Sequence record: OZ035798.1 | Reading direction: 5' to 3' (one strand) | Source: Vectrevirus LI10P3 | DNA length: 44,918 nucleotides | In this document: positions 1-9,039 of the stretch, piece by piece | How the letters are laid out: the number at the start of each line of letters is the position of its first letter | Position numbering within the stretch: position 1 is the stretch's first letter | Translations under genes and position numbers: made by a program | Notes under the pieces: generated by a model | What the model saw: only the letters and a program-made list of their open reading frames with translations | Database searches by the model: none | What the model was told of the DNA's origin: nothing

Positions 1-29
1 TAATAAGTTCAAGATTTGGAGGGAGAAGC

Positions 30-329
30 GTGAGCGTACACAATAAACATGCAGCTACAGAGGACGAGGTTGGCATTCTGCATGGTGCTATTACCAAAAT
101 CTTCAATAAGAAAGCACAGGCAATACTGGACACTATAGAAGAAGACCCTGATGCAGCATTACATTTAGTGTCTGGTAAGGATATTGGTGCGATGTGTAAG
201 TGGGTTCTTGATAACGGCATTACCGCCACACCTGCTGCACAGCAGGAAGAGTCCCAGTTATCTAAGCGCCTCAAGGCTATCCGAGAGGCATCCAGTGGCA
301 AGATTATTCAGTTTACAAAAGAGGAGTGA
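30..329 (+). CDS. Terminase small subunit (gp18-like), GTG start
   Basis: 99 aa ORF directly after the holin and before the large terminase; GGAGGG RBS 6 nt upstream of GTG. Assignment is by position and size only. Confidence 0.5.
   Translation: MSVHNKHAATEDEVGILHGAITKIFNKKAQAILDTIEEDPDAALHLVSGKDIGAMCKWVLDNGITATPAAQQEESQLSKRLKAIREASSGKIIQFTKEE
121..143 (+). promoter_or_regulatory. Phage RNAP promoter-like site embedded in coding sequence
   Basis: caATACTGGACACTATAGAAGAAG matches the core of the repeated promoter consensus; upstream ATTTA is degenerate. Confidence 0.45.
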
Positions 330-330
330 T

Positions 331-774
331 ATGCATAGATGGTGTGAATCTCAAGGTTATACCATCTTACCTTCTGGTGTCATCCTTTCAAAGGGTGGCA
401 CCCCTCTCAAACCATTCAAGGCGGGTAGGGGTTATTTAGCAGTTAAAATTAAAAATAAAGAAGGTAAATGGCGTAATGTCTATGTTCATCAATTAGTGGC
501 TTATAAGTATTTACCTAAAACTAATAATGAAGTAAACCACAAAGACGGCGATAAGTACAACAATGATGTTAGCAACTTGGAGTGGGTAACAAGAAGCGAG
601 AATAACTATTTAAAATGCAATGGAAATGATAGGAGTGCCTTAAATAGCTATTTAGCAAGATTAAAAGATTGCTTCTTGCAAGGTAAGGGTGTAGCAGAAA
701 CCGCTAGACTTACTGGTAAAAGTGAACCAAGAGTTTCTTCTCTCTTTAAGGAGTGGCGAAATGGCAAAGGCTAG
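331..774 (+). CDS. HNH homing endonuclease
   Basis: ATG at 331 with GAGGAG RBS; motif VNHKDGDKYNNDVSNLEW; sits between the two terminase genes; paralogous to the ORF at 8285. Confidence 0.8.
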   Translation: MHRWCESQGYTILPSGVILSKGGTPLKPFKAGRGYLAVKIKNKEGKWRNVYVHQLVAYKYLPKTNNEVNHKDGDKYNNDVSNLEWVTRSENNYLKCNGNDRSALNSYLARLKDCFLQGKGVAETARLTGKSEPRVSSLFKEWRNGKG

Positions 775-2659
775 AGAATCACAGGCAGAGGCATTAAAGC
801 GGTGGGAAAACCTTAAAGAACTACAAGACACTTTTAAATATACAGCGGAAGGTTTGCTTCTCTTTGCAGATACAGTTATTCATAACTTAATTGCAGGCAA
901 CCCTCATCTGATTCGTATGCAGGCGGATATCTTGAAGTTCCTATTTTACGGACACAAGTACCGCCTCATCGAAGCGCCTCGTGGTATCGCTAAGACAACA
1001 CTATCAGCAATCTATACGGTATTCCGTATTATTCATGAACCGCATAAGCGTATCATGGTTGTGTCCCAAAACGCCAAGCGAGCAGAGGAAATCGCAGGTT
1101 GGGTAGTTAAAATCTTCCGTGGCTTAGACTTTCTTGAGTTTATGCTGCCGGATATCTACGCTGGGGACCGTGCATCCGTTAAGGCGTTTGAGATTCATTA
1201 CACCCTACGTGGTAGTGATAAGTCTCCTTCTGTATCCTGTTACTCAATCGAAGCAGGTATGCAGGGTGCTCGTGCTGATATTATTCTAGCGGATGACGTA
1301 GAGTCGATGCAGAATGCTCGTACGGCAGCGGGCCGTGCCTTGCTTGAGGAACTGACTAAGGAGTTTGAATCTATCAACCAGTTTGGGGATATCATTTACC
1401 TTGGTACACCTCAGAACGTAAACTCTATCTACAACAACCTACCTGCTCGTGGTTACTCTGTTCGTATCTGGACTGCGCGTTACCCTTCAGTAGAGCAAGA
1501 GCAATGTTATGGCGACTTCCTTGCACCTATGATTGTTCAAGATATGAAGGACAACCCAGCACTTCGCTCAGGGTACGGGTTGGATGGTAATAGTGGTGCA
1601 CCTTGTGCCCCTGAAATGTATGATGATGAAGTCCTGATTGAGAAGGAAATCTCTCAGGGTGCTGCTAAGTTCCAGCTTCAGTTCATGCTTAACACTCGCA
1701 TGATGGATGCTGACAGATACCCATTACGCCTGAACAATCTAATCTTCACCTCGTTTGGTACAGAGGAAGTCCCTGTGATGCCTACGTGGAGTAATGATTC
1801 CATAAACATCATTGGTGATGCACCTAAGTATGGTAACAAGCCTACGGATTTCATGTACAGACCTGTAGCTCGCCCATACGAATGGGGTGCTGTCTCCCGC
1901 AAGATTATGTATATTGACCCTGCGGGTGGTGGTAAGAACGGAGACGAGACGGGTGTAGCCATCGTATTCCTGCACGGCACATTCATTTATGTGTATCAGT
2001 GCTTTGGTGTACCTGGCGGATACCGAGAGTCGTCCCTGAATCGCATTGTGCAGGCCGCAAAGCAGGCGGGTGTTAAAGAGGTATTCATTGAGAAGAACTT
2101 TGGTCATGGCGCGTTTGAGGCGGTAATTAAGCCGTACTTTGAACGAGAGTGGCCTGTAACTCTGGAAGAGGATTACGCCACCGGACAGAAAGAGTTGCGT
2201 ATCATTGAGACGCTGGAGCCGCTCATGGCAGCCCATAGGCTTATCTTCAATGCAGAGATGGTGAAGTCAGACTTTGAGTCGGTACAGCACTATCCGCTTG
2301 AACTACGCATGTCCTACAGTCTTTTCAATCAAATGTCGAACATAACGATTGAGAAGAACAGCCTCCGGCACGATGACCGCCTAGACGCCCTGTATGGCGC
2401 TATACGGCAATTAACTTCTCAGATAGACTATGATGAGGTTACACGGATTAATCGCCTCAGAGCGCAGGAGATGCGCGATTACATCCATGCTATGAACACA
2501 CCTCATCTACGCAGGGCAATGCTATATGGAGATTACGGTACTGAGCGAAGAGTGACCAACACTTCCGTAGCGATGCAGCAGCGAGTTTACGGGCAGAACT
2601 ACCGAAATAAATCGGCAAGCAGAAATACACTTTCTGCAAGGATTTCAAGGACTTATTAA
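761..2659 (+). CDS. Terminase large subunit (gp19-like)
   Basis: 632 aa from ATG 761 (RBS AGGAGTGG); size and position fit a T7-like large terminase; 14 nt overlap with the HNH gene. Confidence 0.85.
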   Translation: MAKARESQAEALKRWENLKELQDTFKYTAEGLLLFADTVIHNLIAGNPHLIRMQADILKFLFYGHKYRLIEAPRGIAKTTLSAIYTVFRIIHEPHKRIMVVSQNAKRAEEIAGWVVKIFRGLDFLEFMLPDIYAGDRASVKAFEIHYTLRGSDKSPSVSCYSIEAGMQGARADIILADDVESMQNARTAAGRALLEELTKEFESINQFGDIIYLGTPQNVNSIYNNLPARGYSVRIWTARYPSVEQEQCYGDFLAPMIVQDMKDNPALRSGYGLDGNSGAPCAPEMYDDEVLIEKEISQGAAKFQLQFMLNTRMMDADRYPLRLNNLIFTSFGTEEVPVMPTWSNDSINIIGDAPKYGNKPTDFMYRPVARPYEWGAVSRKIMYIDPAGGGKNGDETGVAIVFLHGTFIYVYQCFGVPGGYRESSLNRIVQAAKQAGVKEVFIEKNFGHGAFEAVIKPYFEREWPVTLEEDYATGQKELRIIETLEPLMAAHRLIFNAEMVKSDFESVQHYPLELRMSYSLFNQMSNITIEKNSLRHDDRLDALYGAIRQLTSQIDYDEVTRINRLRAQEMRDYIHAMNTPHLRRAMLYGDYGTERRVTNTSVAMQQRVYGQNYRNKSASRNTLSARISRTY

Positions 2660-2680
2660 TTACTGGACACTATAGAAGGA
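2658..2680 (+). promoter_or_regulatory. Phage RNAP promoter
   Basis: AATTACTGGACACTATAGAAGGA, near-perfect consensus. Confidence 0.8.
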
Positions 2681-2749
2681 AGGCCCAGAGAATAAGAGAA
2701 ATAACAAGGATAATATAGTTAACCTAGGTTATATAGGTTACTATAGTAT

Positions 2750-2769
2750 GGGTGTACTCCTGTACACCC
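2750..2769 (+). promoter_or_regulatory. Leader stem-loop
   Basis: GGGTGTAC-tcct-GTACACCC, perfect 8 bp stem between the promoter and the gene at 2812. Confidence 0.3.
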
Positions 2770-2811
2770 TATTCCTACTTACTATTTACTTATATGTATA
2801 AGGAGTATTAG

Positions 2812-3093
2812 ATGGCTAATGATTATAGTGATCAACCTTTAACTGGTCGATATGACCGTAAGCAGATTACACCGACCAGTGAGGCATTAATGCTCCCTGT
2901 TGTTACAGAGGAGTCTATTACGAAGAAAGCCAATGTTATCAATGATGCAACCAAATCTGGTAAACAGAAAGCAGCAATGGTATGTCGTCCTGTAGGTGGC
3001 ACTCTTGAGATTGCCATTGCTACTGGTAGCAAAGAGGATGCAGATTGGTTGTCTGTTAAAATGGACAGCGTTGGTCTTATTACACCGGCTTAA
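2812..3093 (+). CDS. Hypothetical protein, paralog A of a tandem pair
   Basis: 93 aa; shares SGKQKxAMV and IAIAxGS blocks with the next ORF. Confidence 0.6.
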   Translation: MANDYSDQPLTGRYDRKQITPTSEALMLPVVTEESITKKANVINDATKSGKQKAAMVCRPVGGTLEIAIATGSKEDADWLSVKMDSVGLITPA

Positions 3094-3110
3094 TAAAAGG
3101 AGAAGATAAT

Positions 3111-3398
3111 ATGTCTAAGTATGGCGATGCAGGTACGACTACTGGTCAGGTTTTTCGTGTAAAAGCAGTACAAACTATTGCAACTGCAATTCCTATGCCT
3201 ATCGTGGCAGAAGCTGACCTTAAAAAGAAAGATCATCCAATTAATATTGAACACCTATCTGGTAAGCAGAAAGGTGCTATGGTGGTTGTAGATAAAGGAG
3301 ATAGCCTTTATATTGCTATTGCGCGTGGCTCTGCACCAACTGACAAGTGGGATGCAACTACTATGGAGGTGACACCTGTCACTCCAGAAGGGGATTAA
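3111..3398 (+). CDS. Hypothetical protein, paralog B of a tandem pair
   Basis: 95 aa; AGGAG-like RBS; same conserved blocks as 2812..3093. Confidence 0.6.
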   Translation: MSKYGDAGTTTGQVFRVKAVQTIATAIPMPIVAEADLKKKDHPINIEHLSGKQKGAMVVVDKGDSLYIAIARGSAPTDKWDATTMEVTPVTPEGD

Positions 3399-3400
3399 TA

Positions 3401-3745
3401 ATGCTTAACAAATACTTCAAGCGTAAAGAGTTCGCTTGCCGTTGTGGGTGCGGTACATCCACTGTTGATGCTGAATTACTACAGGTAGTCACAGATGTGC
3501 GTGAGCACTTTGGTTCTCCTGTAGTTATCACTTCGGGGCATCGCTGTGCTAAGCACAATGCTAATGTAGGAGGGGCTAAGAACTCCATGCATCTTACTGG
3601 TAAGGCTGCTGACATTAAGGTACGAGGTATCTTACCTTCTGATGTACATAAGTATCTTACTGATAAGTACCAAGGCAAATATGGGATTGGTAAGTATAAC
3701 TCCTTTACTCATATTGATGTACGCGACGGGTGTGCACGATGGTAG
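3401..3745 (+). CDS. Endolysin, zinc peptidase M15 family (L-Ala-D-Glu peptidase-like)
   Basis: ATG 3401; SxHxxGxAxD motif (SMHLTGKAAD) plus downstream FTHIDVRD, as in VanY/M15 peptidases; lies in the lysis cassette. Confidence 0.75.
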   Translation: MLNKYFKRKEFACRCGCGTSTVDAELLQVVTDVREHFGSPVVITSGHRCAKHNANVGGAKNSMHLTGKAADIKVRGILPSDVHKYLTDKYQGKYGIGKYNSFTHIDVRDGCARW

Positions 3746-3853
3746 GTTGTGTTGCATGGTGTGAACGCATGGTTGCTAAGGCTTCAGAGGAAGGCAACTA
3801 TGAAGATTGGCAGAACTACTCAACTTTATTAGCTCAATGGAAAGGGAGATGCA

Positions 3854-4003
3854 ATGAAAAAGCTGTTCAAATCTAAGAAGGTTGTAGGTGCACTAGTTGC
3901 ATTGGCAATTGCTCTTGTTTCTGTAGGTCTTGGTGTAGACCTTGGCTCTGGCACGGAATCCTCTGTGACAGACGTGGTCTGCCAAGTGATCACCTGTGAA
4001 TAA
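3854..4003 (+). CDS. Small membrane or secreted protein (possible holin/antiholin)
   Basis: 49 aa; AGGGAG RBS; basic N-terminus then hydrophobic stretch VVGALVALAIALVSVGLGV. Confidence 0.4.
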   Translation: MKKLFKSKKVVGALVALAIALVSVGLGVDLGSGTESSVTDVVCQVITCE

Positions 4004-4217
4004 GTTTCTAGAAGTGCTGGCAGGTCTTATTGGCCTGCTTGTCTCTGCTAAGAAGAAACAAGAAGAGAAGGAGGCACAAAGTGAAGCGAATCATGTTAGT
4101 GACAATCCTGCTGATTGGTTCGCTGACCACTTCCGGGTGTCAGCAGGCGTTACCAGAGAAAGCAATGGTGAAACCTCTGAGGCCGACGCTGACGGAAGTT
4201 TACGAGGTAGACGATAA
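3996..4217 (+). CDS. Putative i-spanin (Rz-like), unusually short
   Basis: GTG start; N-terminal hydrophobic segment followed by charged KKKQEEKEAQ region; overlaps the lipoprotein ORF in another frame. Confidence 0.35.
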   Translation: MNKFLEVLAGLIGLLVSAKKKQEEKEAQSEANHVSDNPADWFADHFRVSAGVTRESNGETSEADADGSLRGRR

Positions 4218-4290
4218 GGTCTGCTTTAGTAAGCCTGACGCTACAAAATTAGGTTTGTATATTCTTTCGCTGGAACGCGGATATAATTAA
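4093..4290 (+). CDS. Putative o-spanin lipoprotein (Rz1-like)
   Basis: Signal-like N-terminus ending in lipobox-like LTTSGC, then Pro-rich segment; starts inside 3996..4217 and runs past its stop. Confidence 0.45.
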   Translation: MLVTILLIGSLTTSGCQQALPEKAMVKPLRPTLTEVYEVDDKVCFSKPDATKLGLYILSLERGYN

Positions 4291-4319
4291 TACATAGCTT
4301 TATGCATCAGTGTCTTACG

Positions 4320-4342
4320 ATTTACTGGACACTATAGAAGAG
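4320..4342 (+). promoter_or_regulatory. Phage RNAP promoter
   Basis: ATTTACTGGACACTATAGAAGAG, perfect consensus upstream of tailspike 1. Confidence 0.85.
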
Positions 4343-4421
4343 GTAAGATAGCGCCGTTCTTTTGAGCGGCCTATTACTAGCCAATCTTCATAGGGAGGGT
4401 TGGAAAGTAATAGGAGATAGC

Positions 4422-6320
4422 ATGGCTAAATTAACCAAACCTAATACTGAAGGAATCTTGCATAAAGGACAATCTTTGTATGAGTACCTTGATGCGAGAG
4501 TTTTAACATCAAAGCCGTTTGGTGCTGTAGGTGACGCCACTACTGATGATACGGAGGTTATAGCTGCTTCATTAAACTCTCAGAAAGCTGTCACAATCTC
4601 AGACGGTGTATTCTCTAGCTCTGGTATTAATAGTAATTACTGTAACTTAGACGGTAGGGGTAGTGGGGTGCTAAGTCACCGTTCCAGTACAGGTAACTAC
4701 TTAGTATTTAACAACCCACGTACAGGTCGCTTAAGTAATATTACGGTAGAAAGTAATAAGGCGACTGATACAACTCAGGGACAGCAGGTATCTCTTGCTG
4801 GTGGAAGTGATGTTACTGTAAGTGACGTTAACTTCTCAAACGTTAAAGGTACTGGTTTCAGTTTAATCGCATACCCTAATGATGCGCCACCTGATGGACT
4901 TATGATTAAAGGCATTCGAGGTAGCTATTCAGGCTATGCTACTAATAAGGCAGCCGGATGCGTACTTGCTGACTCCTCAGTTAACTCCCTCATAGATAAC
5001 GTCATTGCTAAGAACTACCCTCAGTTCGGAGCAGTAGAGTTGAAAGGTACAGCCAGTTACAACATAGTCAGTAATGTTATAGGGGCAGATTGCCAGCATG
5101 TAACTTACAACGGCACTGAAGGGCCAATAGCTCCTTCTAATAACCTTATCAATGGGGTGATGGCTAATAACCCTAAGTATGCAGCGGTTGTTGCAGGCAA
5201 AGGAAGTACGAACTTAATCTCAGACGTGCTCGTAGATTACTCAACTTCTGATGCTAGGCAGGCTCATGGTGTTACAGTAGAGGGTTCTGATAACGTCATA
5301 AATAATGTGCTTATGTCAGGATGTGATGGTACTAACTCTTTAGGACAAGGGCAGACTGCTACAATTGCACGCTTTATAGGTACAGCTAATAACAACTATG
5401 CGTCTGTATTTCCTAGCTACAGTGCTACAGGTGTTATTACTTTCGAATCCGGCTCTACCCGTAACTTCGTAGAGGTAAAGCACCCTGGCAGGAGAAACGA
5501 CCTTCTCAGTTCTGCTAGTACTATTGACGGTGCAGCTACTATTGACGGCACTAGTAATAGTAACGTAGTGCACGCACCTGCCCTAGGGCAGTACATAGGT
5601 AGTATGTCAGGTAGGTTCGAATGGCGGATTAAGTCCATGTCACTCCCTTCAGGCGTTCTTACTTCTGCTGATAAGTACAGAATGCTTGGAGATGGTGCTG
5701 TGTCATTAGCTGTAGGTGGGGGCACTTCTTCTCAAGTTCGCCTATTTACTTCTGATGGTACTTCTCGGACAGTGTCCCTCACCAACGGTAACGTGCGTCT
5801 TTCTACCAGTAGCACAGGCTTTTTGCAGTTAGGTGCTGATGCAATGACCCCAGACAGTACTGGTACATACGCATTAGGTTCCGCCAGTCGAGCATGGTCT
5901 GGCGGTTTTACTCAAGCAGCATTCACTGTTACCTCAGATGCTCGGTGTAAAACAGAACCTCTTACTATCTCAGATGCCTTACTAGATGCTTGGTCTGAAG
6001 TTGACTTTGTGCAGTTTCAGTATTTGGATCGTGTTGAGGAGAAGGGTGCAGACTCAGCTAGATGGCACTTTGGCATCATCGCTCAGCGAGCTAAGGAGGC
6101 CTTCGAACGTCACGGTATAGATGCACATCGCTATGGCTTCTTGTGCTTCGACAGTTGGGATGATGTATACGAGGAAGATGCCAATGGCTCTCGTAAACTG
6201 ATTACACCAGCAGGTTCCCGCTACGGTATTCGTTACGAGGAAGTACTGATATTAGAGGCTGCGTTGATGCGGAGGACTATTAAGCGTATGCAGGAAGCAC
6301 TAGCTTCCCTGCCTAAGTAA
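4422..6320 (+). CDS. Tailspike 1: beta-helix depolymerase with C-terminal intramolecular chaperone (S74-like) domain
   Basis: ATG 4422; N-terminal FGAVGDATTDDTEV pectate-lyase-like motif; Ser/Thr/Gly/Asn-rich core; C-terminal ~128 aa starting at SDARCK (nt 5934). Confidence 0.85.
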   Translation: MAKLTKPNTEGILHKGQSLYEYLDARVLTSKPFGAVGDATTDDTEVIAASLNSQKAVTISDGVFSSSGINSNYCNLDGRGSGVLSHRSSTGNYLVFNNPRTGRLSNITVESNKATDTTQGQQVSLAGGSDVTVSDVNFSNVKGTGFSLIAYPNDAPPDGLMIKGIRGSYSGYATNKAAGCVLADSSVNSLIDNVIAKNYPQFGAVELKGTASYNIVSNVIGADCQHVTYNGTEGPIAPSNNLINGVMANNPKYAAVVAGKGSTNLISDVLVDYSTSDARQAHGVTVEGSDNVINNVLMSGCDGTNSLGQGQTATIARFIGTANNNYASVFPSYSATGVITFESGSTRNFVEVKHPGRRNDLLSSASTIDGAATIDGTSNSNVVHAPALGQYIGSMSGRFEWRIKSMSLPSGVLTSADKYRMLGDGAVSLAVGGGTSSQVRLFTSDGTSRTVSLTNGNVRLSTSSTGFLQLGADAMTPDSTGTYALGSASRAWSGGFTQAAFTVTSDARCKTEPLTISDALLDAWSEVDFVQFQYLDRVEEKGADSARWHFGIIAQRAKEAFERHGIDAHRYGFLCFDSWDDVYEEDANGSRKLITPAGSRYGIRYEEVLILEAALMRRTIKRMQEALASLPK

Positions 6321-6327
6321 GCAACAG

Positions 6328-6350
6328 GCAGTGCGTAAGCACTGCTTTTC
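6328..6350 (+). terminator. Stem-loop with T-run after tailspike 1
   Basis: GCAGTGC-gtaa-GCACTGC followed by TTTT. Confidence 0.5.
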
Positions 6351-6405
6351 ACGCAACTTTTCTTAAAGGTTATCATGGTGGTAGCCTTTCAGAAGAGGAG
6401 GTTAC

Positions 6406-8118
6406 ATGCTTCAAAGATTAAGTGCTTACTTGGTGAAGTACAAGAGTAAACTAACAGGTACTATTGAGCGCCTGCTATCTGATAAACTATCGGATACAAT
6501 AGATGTTGCGGATTTTGGAGTTACTCCATCTTCCAATGACAACAGGCAAGCACTTCAAGCTGCGTTCAATGCAGTCAGAGTGTTAGGCGGTGGCACTGTA
6601 TTAGTCACTAAAGCTGGAAAATACAAACTCAGTGGTACTGTTGAGATATTTGCTAATACACACTTCAAGGTTGCTAAAGGTGTAACATTTGTACGTGACT
6701 ACGAAACAGGAGATACGCTATTCAGATTATCACAAGGGCAAGCTAGTAATGTAACAGTCAGTGGAGGTATCTATGAAGGCAATGGTCACACTAAGGGAGA
6801 TACACCTTTTGTAGTATTTGCATCTACTAGTAATAATGATTTGAAGTTTGAAGGCATAACAGTTAACAATGTAGTGGACTACCACGCCATAGATTTAGCA
6901 GATTGGAACAACGTAGTTATTCGTGATTGTAAATTCCTAGGTTTTAAGAATACAGGCAGTCGTAACTTCTCAGAGGCTATACAGTTAGACCCAGGTCTTA
7001 TTACAGTTGGTCACTATGTACAGTCAAGTGGTATGCTGGTGGAGAATTGCTATGCTGGTCCAAACACAGAATCAGGGTTTGGAGGTTATGGTGCACTAAT
7101 TGGAAATCACGCCTCAGCTTACGGTGTACAGGACAACAATATCCGTATCTTGAATTGCACTACAGATGGTGCTCTCTTTGCAGGTGTACGTGTATTTAAC
7201 TGGAAAAACTGGACAGTGCGTGGTTGCACATTTAGGAACTCTAATGCAAGAGGTGTCCATGTTACACCTTTCTCATCTCAGACTAAACCGCAGGGTACTC
7301 GACAAGGTAGTATTGTAGATTGCACTTTTGATGGCGTAAGGACACCAGTGCTAATTGCTGCACCATCTTGGCCTTTTACCGATATTAGTGACATTTGGCA
7401 TGACCATATTGAAATTTCTAATAATACTATGATCCTCACAGAGGATGTATCCTATGGTGTAGATGCAAGGTGGTGTAAGAATTTAATTGTAAAAGGTAAT
7501 ACAGGCTCTGGTGGCTTAGGGTTAATAGGTTTACGCTTTGGGACAAAATACCACATCGAAGGTAATACTTGGGAAAACGGAAGAGGTAGTGGGATTTGGC
7601 TAGGTGAGTCTGATGCTACTACATTCATTGGTACTGGTTTATCAGGAGAAGGTATACTTAGTCGTAATATCTTCTCTAAATTAGGGCAATATGGTATTCA
7701 TGTAAACTGCAAGGCTAGCGGTCTAGTGATTAAAGCCAATAATATGAAGGAGGTATCTACAGATGAAGCAGGTAGGCACTTCATTAGTATAGACACAGGG
7801 GCTAACAACATCCTAGTAGAAGGTAATATTGGAGTAGATGGAGAAAGCCCTAACAAGCCAAGCCTTGGTATTCGTGTTACTTCTTCTTGTTCCAATATTA
7901 AACTCATTGGCAATGATTGCTATGGCACACAGGCGCCTCAGAATAACCAAGGAGTCGGTTCTAGTACGGTGATTGTTTATGGACTAAATGGCAACCCTAC
8001 AACTTTAGGCGTAGGTGCACCTGTAGGCTCTTTAGCAACTGATATCAATGGTTCTGGTGGTAGTACATTGTACGTTAAAGAATCTGGTACATCTGCTCAA
8101 GGTTGGGTTGCAAAGTAG
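6406..8118 (+). CDS. Tailspike 2: pectate-lyase-superfamily beta-helix depolymerase
   Basis: 570 aa; GAGGAGG RBS; N-terminal DVADFGVTPSSNDNRQALQAAFNA motif; repetitive Gly/Asn-rich beta-helix-like sequence. Confidence 0.8.
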   Translation: MLQRLSAYLVKYKSKLTGTIERLLSDKLSDTIDVADFGVTPSSNDNRQALQAAFNAVRVLGGGTVLVTKAGKYKLSGTVEIFANTHFKVAKGVTFVRDYETGDTLFRLSQGQASNVTVSGGIYEGNGHTKGDTPFVVFASTSNNDLKFEGITVNNVVDYHAIDLADWNNVVIRDCKFLGFKNTGSRNFSEAIQLDPGLITVGHYVQSSGMLVENCYAGPNTESGFGGYGALIGNHASAYGVQDNNIRILNCTTDGALFAGVRVFNWKNWTVRGCTFRNSNARGVHVTPFSSQTKPQGTRQGSIVDCTFDGVRTPVLIAAPSWPFTDISDIWHDHIEISNNTMILTEDVSYGVDARWCKNLIVKGNTGSGGLGLIGLRFGTKYHIEGNTWENGRGSGIWLGESDATTFIGTGLSGEGILSRNIFSKLGQYGIHVNCKASGLVIKANNMKEVSTDEAGRHFISIDTGANNILVEGNIGVDGESPNKPSLGIRVTSSCSNIKLIGNDCYGTQAPQNNQGVGSSTVIVYGLNGNPTTLGVGAPVGSLATDINGSGGSTLYVKESGTSAQGWVAK

Positions 8119-8129
8119 TAGGAAGTTGA

Positions 8130-8273
8130 ATGCCATTAATCAAATCAGTTAAGCAAAGTGCTGTACGCCAGAACACAGAAGAGCTTATTCAATCAGGACG
8201 TGACCCTAAGCAAGCTTATGCCATTGCCAAGGATGTTCAACGTCGTGCCTTGAAGAAACCTTCTGCATCTTAA
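8130..8273 (+). CDS. Small basic hypothetical protein (47 aa)
   Basis: AGGAAG RBS; compact ORF filling the gap before the HNH gene. Confidence 0.35.
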   Translation: MPLIKSVKQSAVRQNTEELIQSGRDPKQAYAIAKDVQRRALKKPSAS

Positions 8274-8284
8274 AGGAGATTGAT

Positions 8285-8659
8285 ATGGAAACGTGGGTAA
8301 CTGTCCCTGGCTACCCACGGTATCAAGTGTCTACTCATGGATGTGTCAAATCACTCATTGGTAATCACAAGATACTGAAGCCGGGCAAGTCAAAGAGTGG
8401 GTATTTGAACGTAGTTCTTAGTAATGAGGAAGGCAAGAAGACATTCCGTGTGCATCGCTTGGTTGCACTGTGTCATTTGCCTAATCCTCATAATCTTCCC
8501 TTAGTGAACCACAAGGATGAAGACAAGGCACATAATCATGTAGACAATTTAGAGTGGTGTACTGAAGAGTACAATCTCAAGTATTCACGTGACTACGATA
8601 GGTCTTCTCTTAGTGTAACCCAAGGACAGAAGAAGGTATGGCTTCCAGTAGACCTGTAA
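8285..8659 (+). CDS. HNH homing endonuclease (NUMOD4-like N-terminus)
   Basis: AAGGAG RBS; WVTVPGYPRYQVSTHGCV then VNHKDEDKAHNHVDNLEW; paralog of 331..774. Confidence 0.8.
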   Translation: METWVTVPGYPRYQVSTHGCVKSLIGNHKILKPGKSKSGYLNVVLSNEEGKKTFRVHRLVALCHLPNPHNLPLVNHKDEDKAHNHVDNLEWCTEEYNLKYSRDYDRSSLSVTQGQKKVWLPVDL

Positions 8660-8699
8660 CATTCAGGTAACAAAGTCAAAATTTTGATATAGGCGTGTG

Positions 8700-8860
8700 T
8701 CAGCTCTCTCGCCCTCGCCCTCGCCGGATTTCCCCCATATAGGGCCGCGCTGCGGTTGGCTTGGGAATTGGGCTGGGCTGGTCCGTCTTCAACCTGCTGC
8801 CGCAGGAAGCTCGACGGGTGGCCTAGGGCTTGCCGAGGTCTGCTCTTAGTGGCTGCACAA
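8700..8860 (+). other. GC-rich non-coding block, probable genome-terminus / terminal-repeat region
   Basis: Composition differs sharply from the rest of the window; no ORF on either strand; lies between the last late gene and the first early gene. Confidence 0.35.
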
Positions 8861-9039
8861 GGAGAACTCCTAGGAAGCGCTAGGGTACGCCTTAGTATTG
8901 GACAAGGTGATTGCCTTAGTTCAACCGCTTAGGGCTTACACGGGCCGTTTTAGGGCCATTCCTGAGCGTTTGACAGGGTGTGAGGGCGTGGACTATCTGT
9001 TCGTTTCGTTCACTCCGCTTGCGCTACGTTCACTCGCTC

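Noticed and set aside
184-774. Track ORF 184..774 as a 196 aa protein
   Set aside because: The upstream part overlaps the terminase small subunit frame. The HNH gene more plausibly starts at ATG 331 with a GAGGAG RBS, right after the upstream stop.
8130-8273. 47 aa basic ORF as a phage-encoded ribosomal protein S21
   Set aside because: Only a superficial N-terminal resemblance (MPxIK); no convincing similarity along the length. Retained only as a low-confidence hypothetical CDS.
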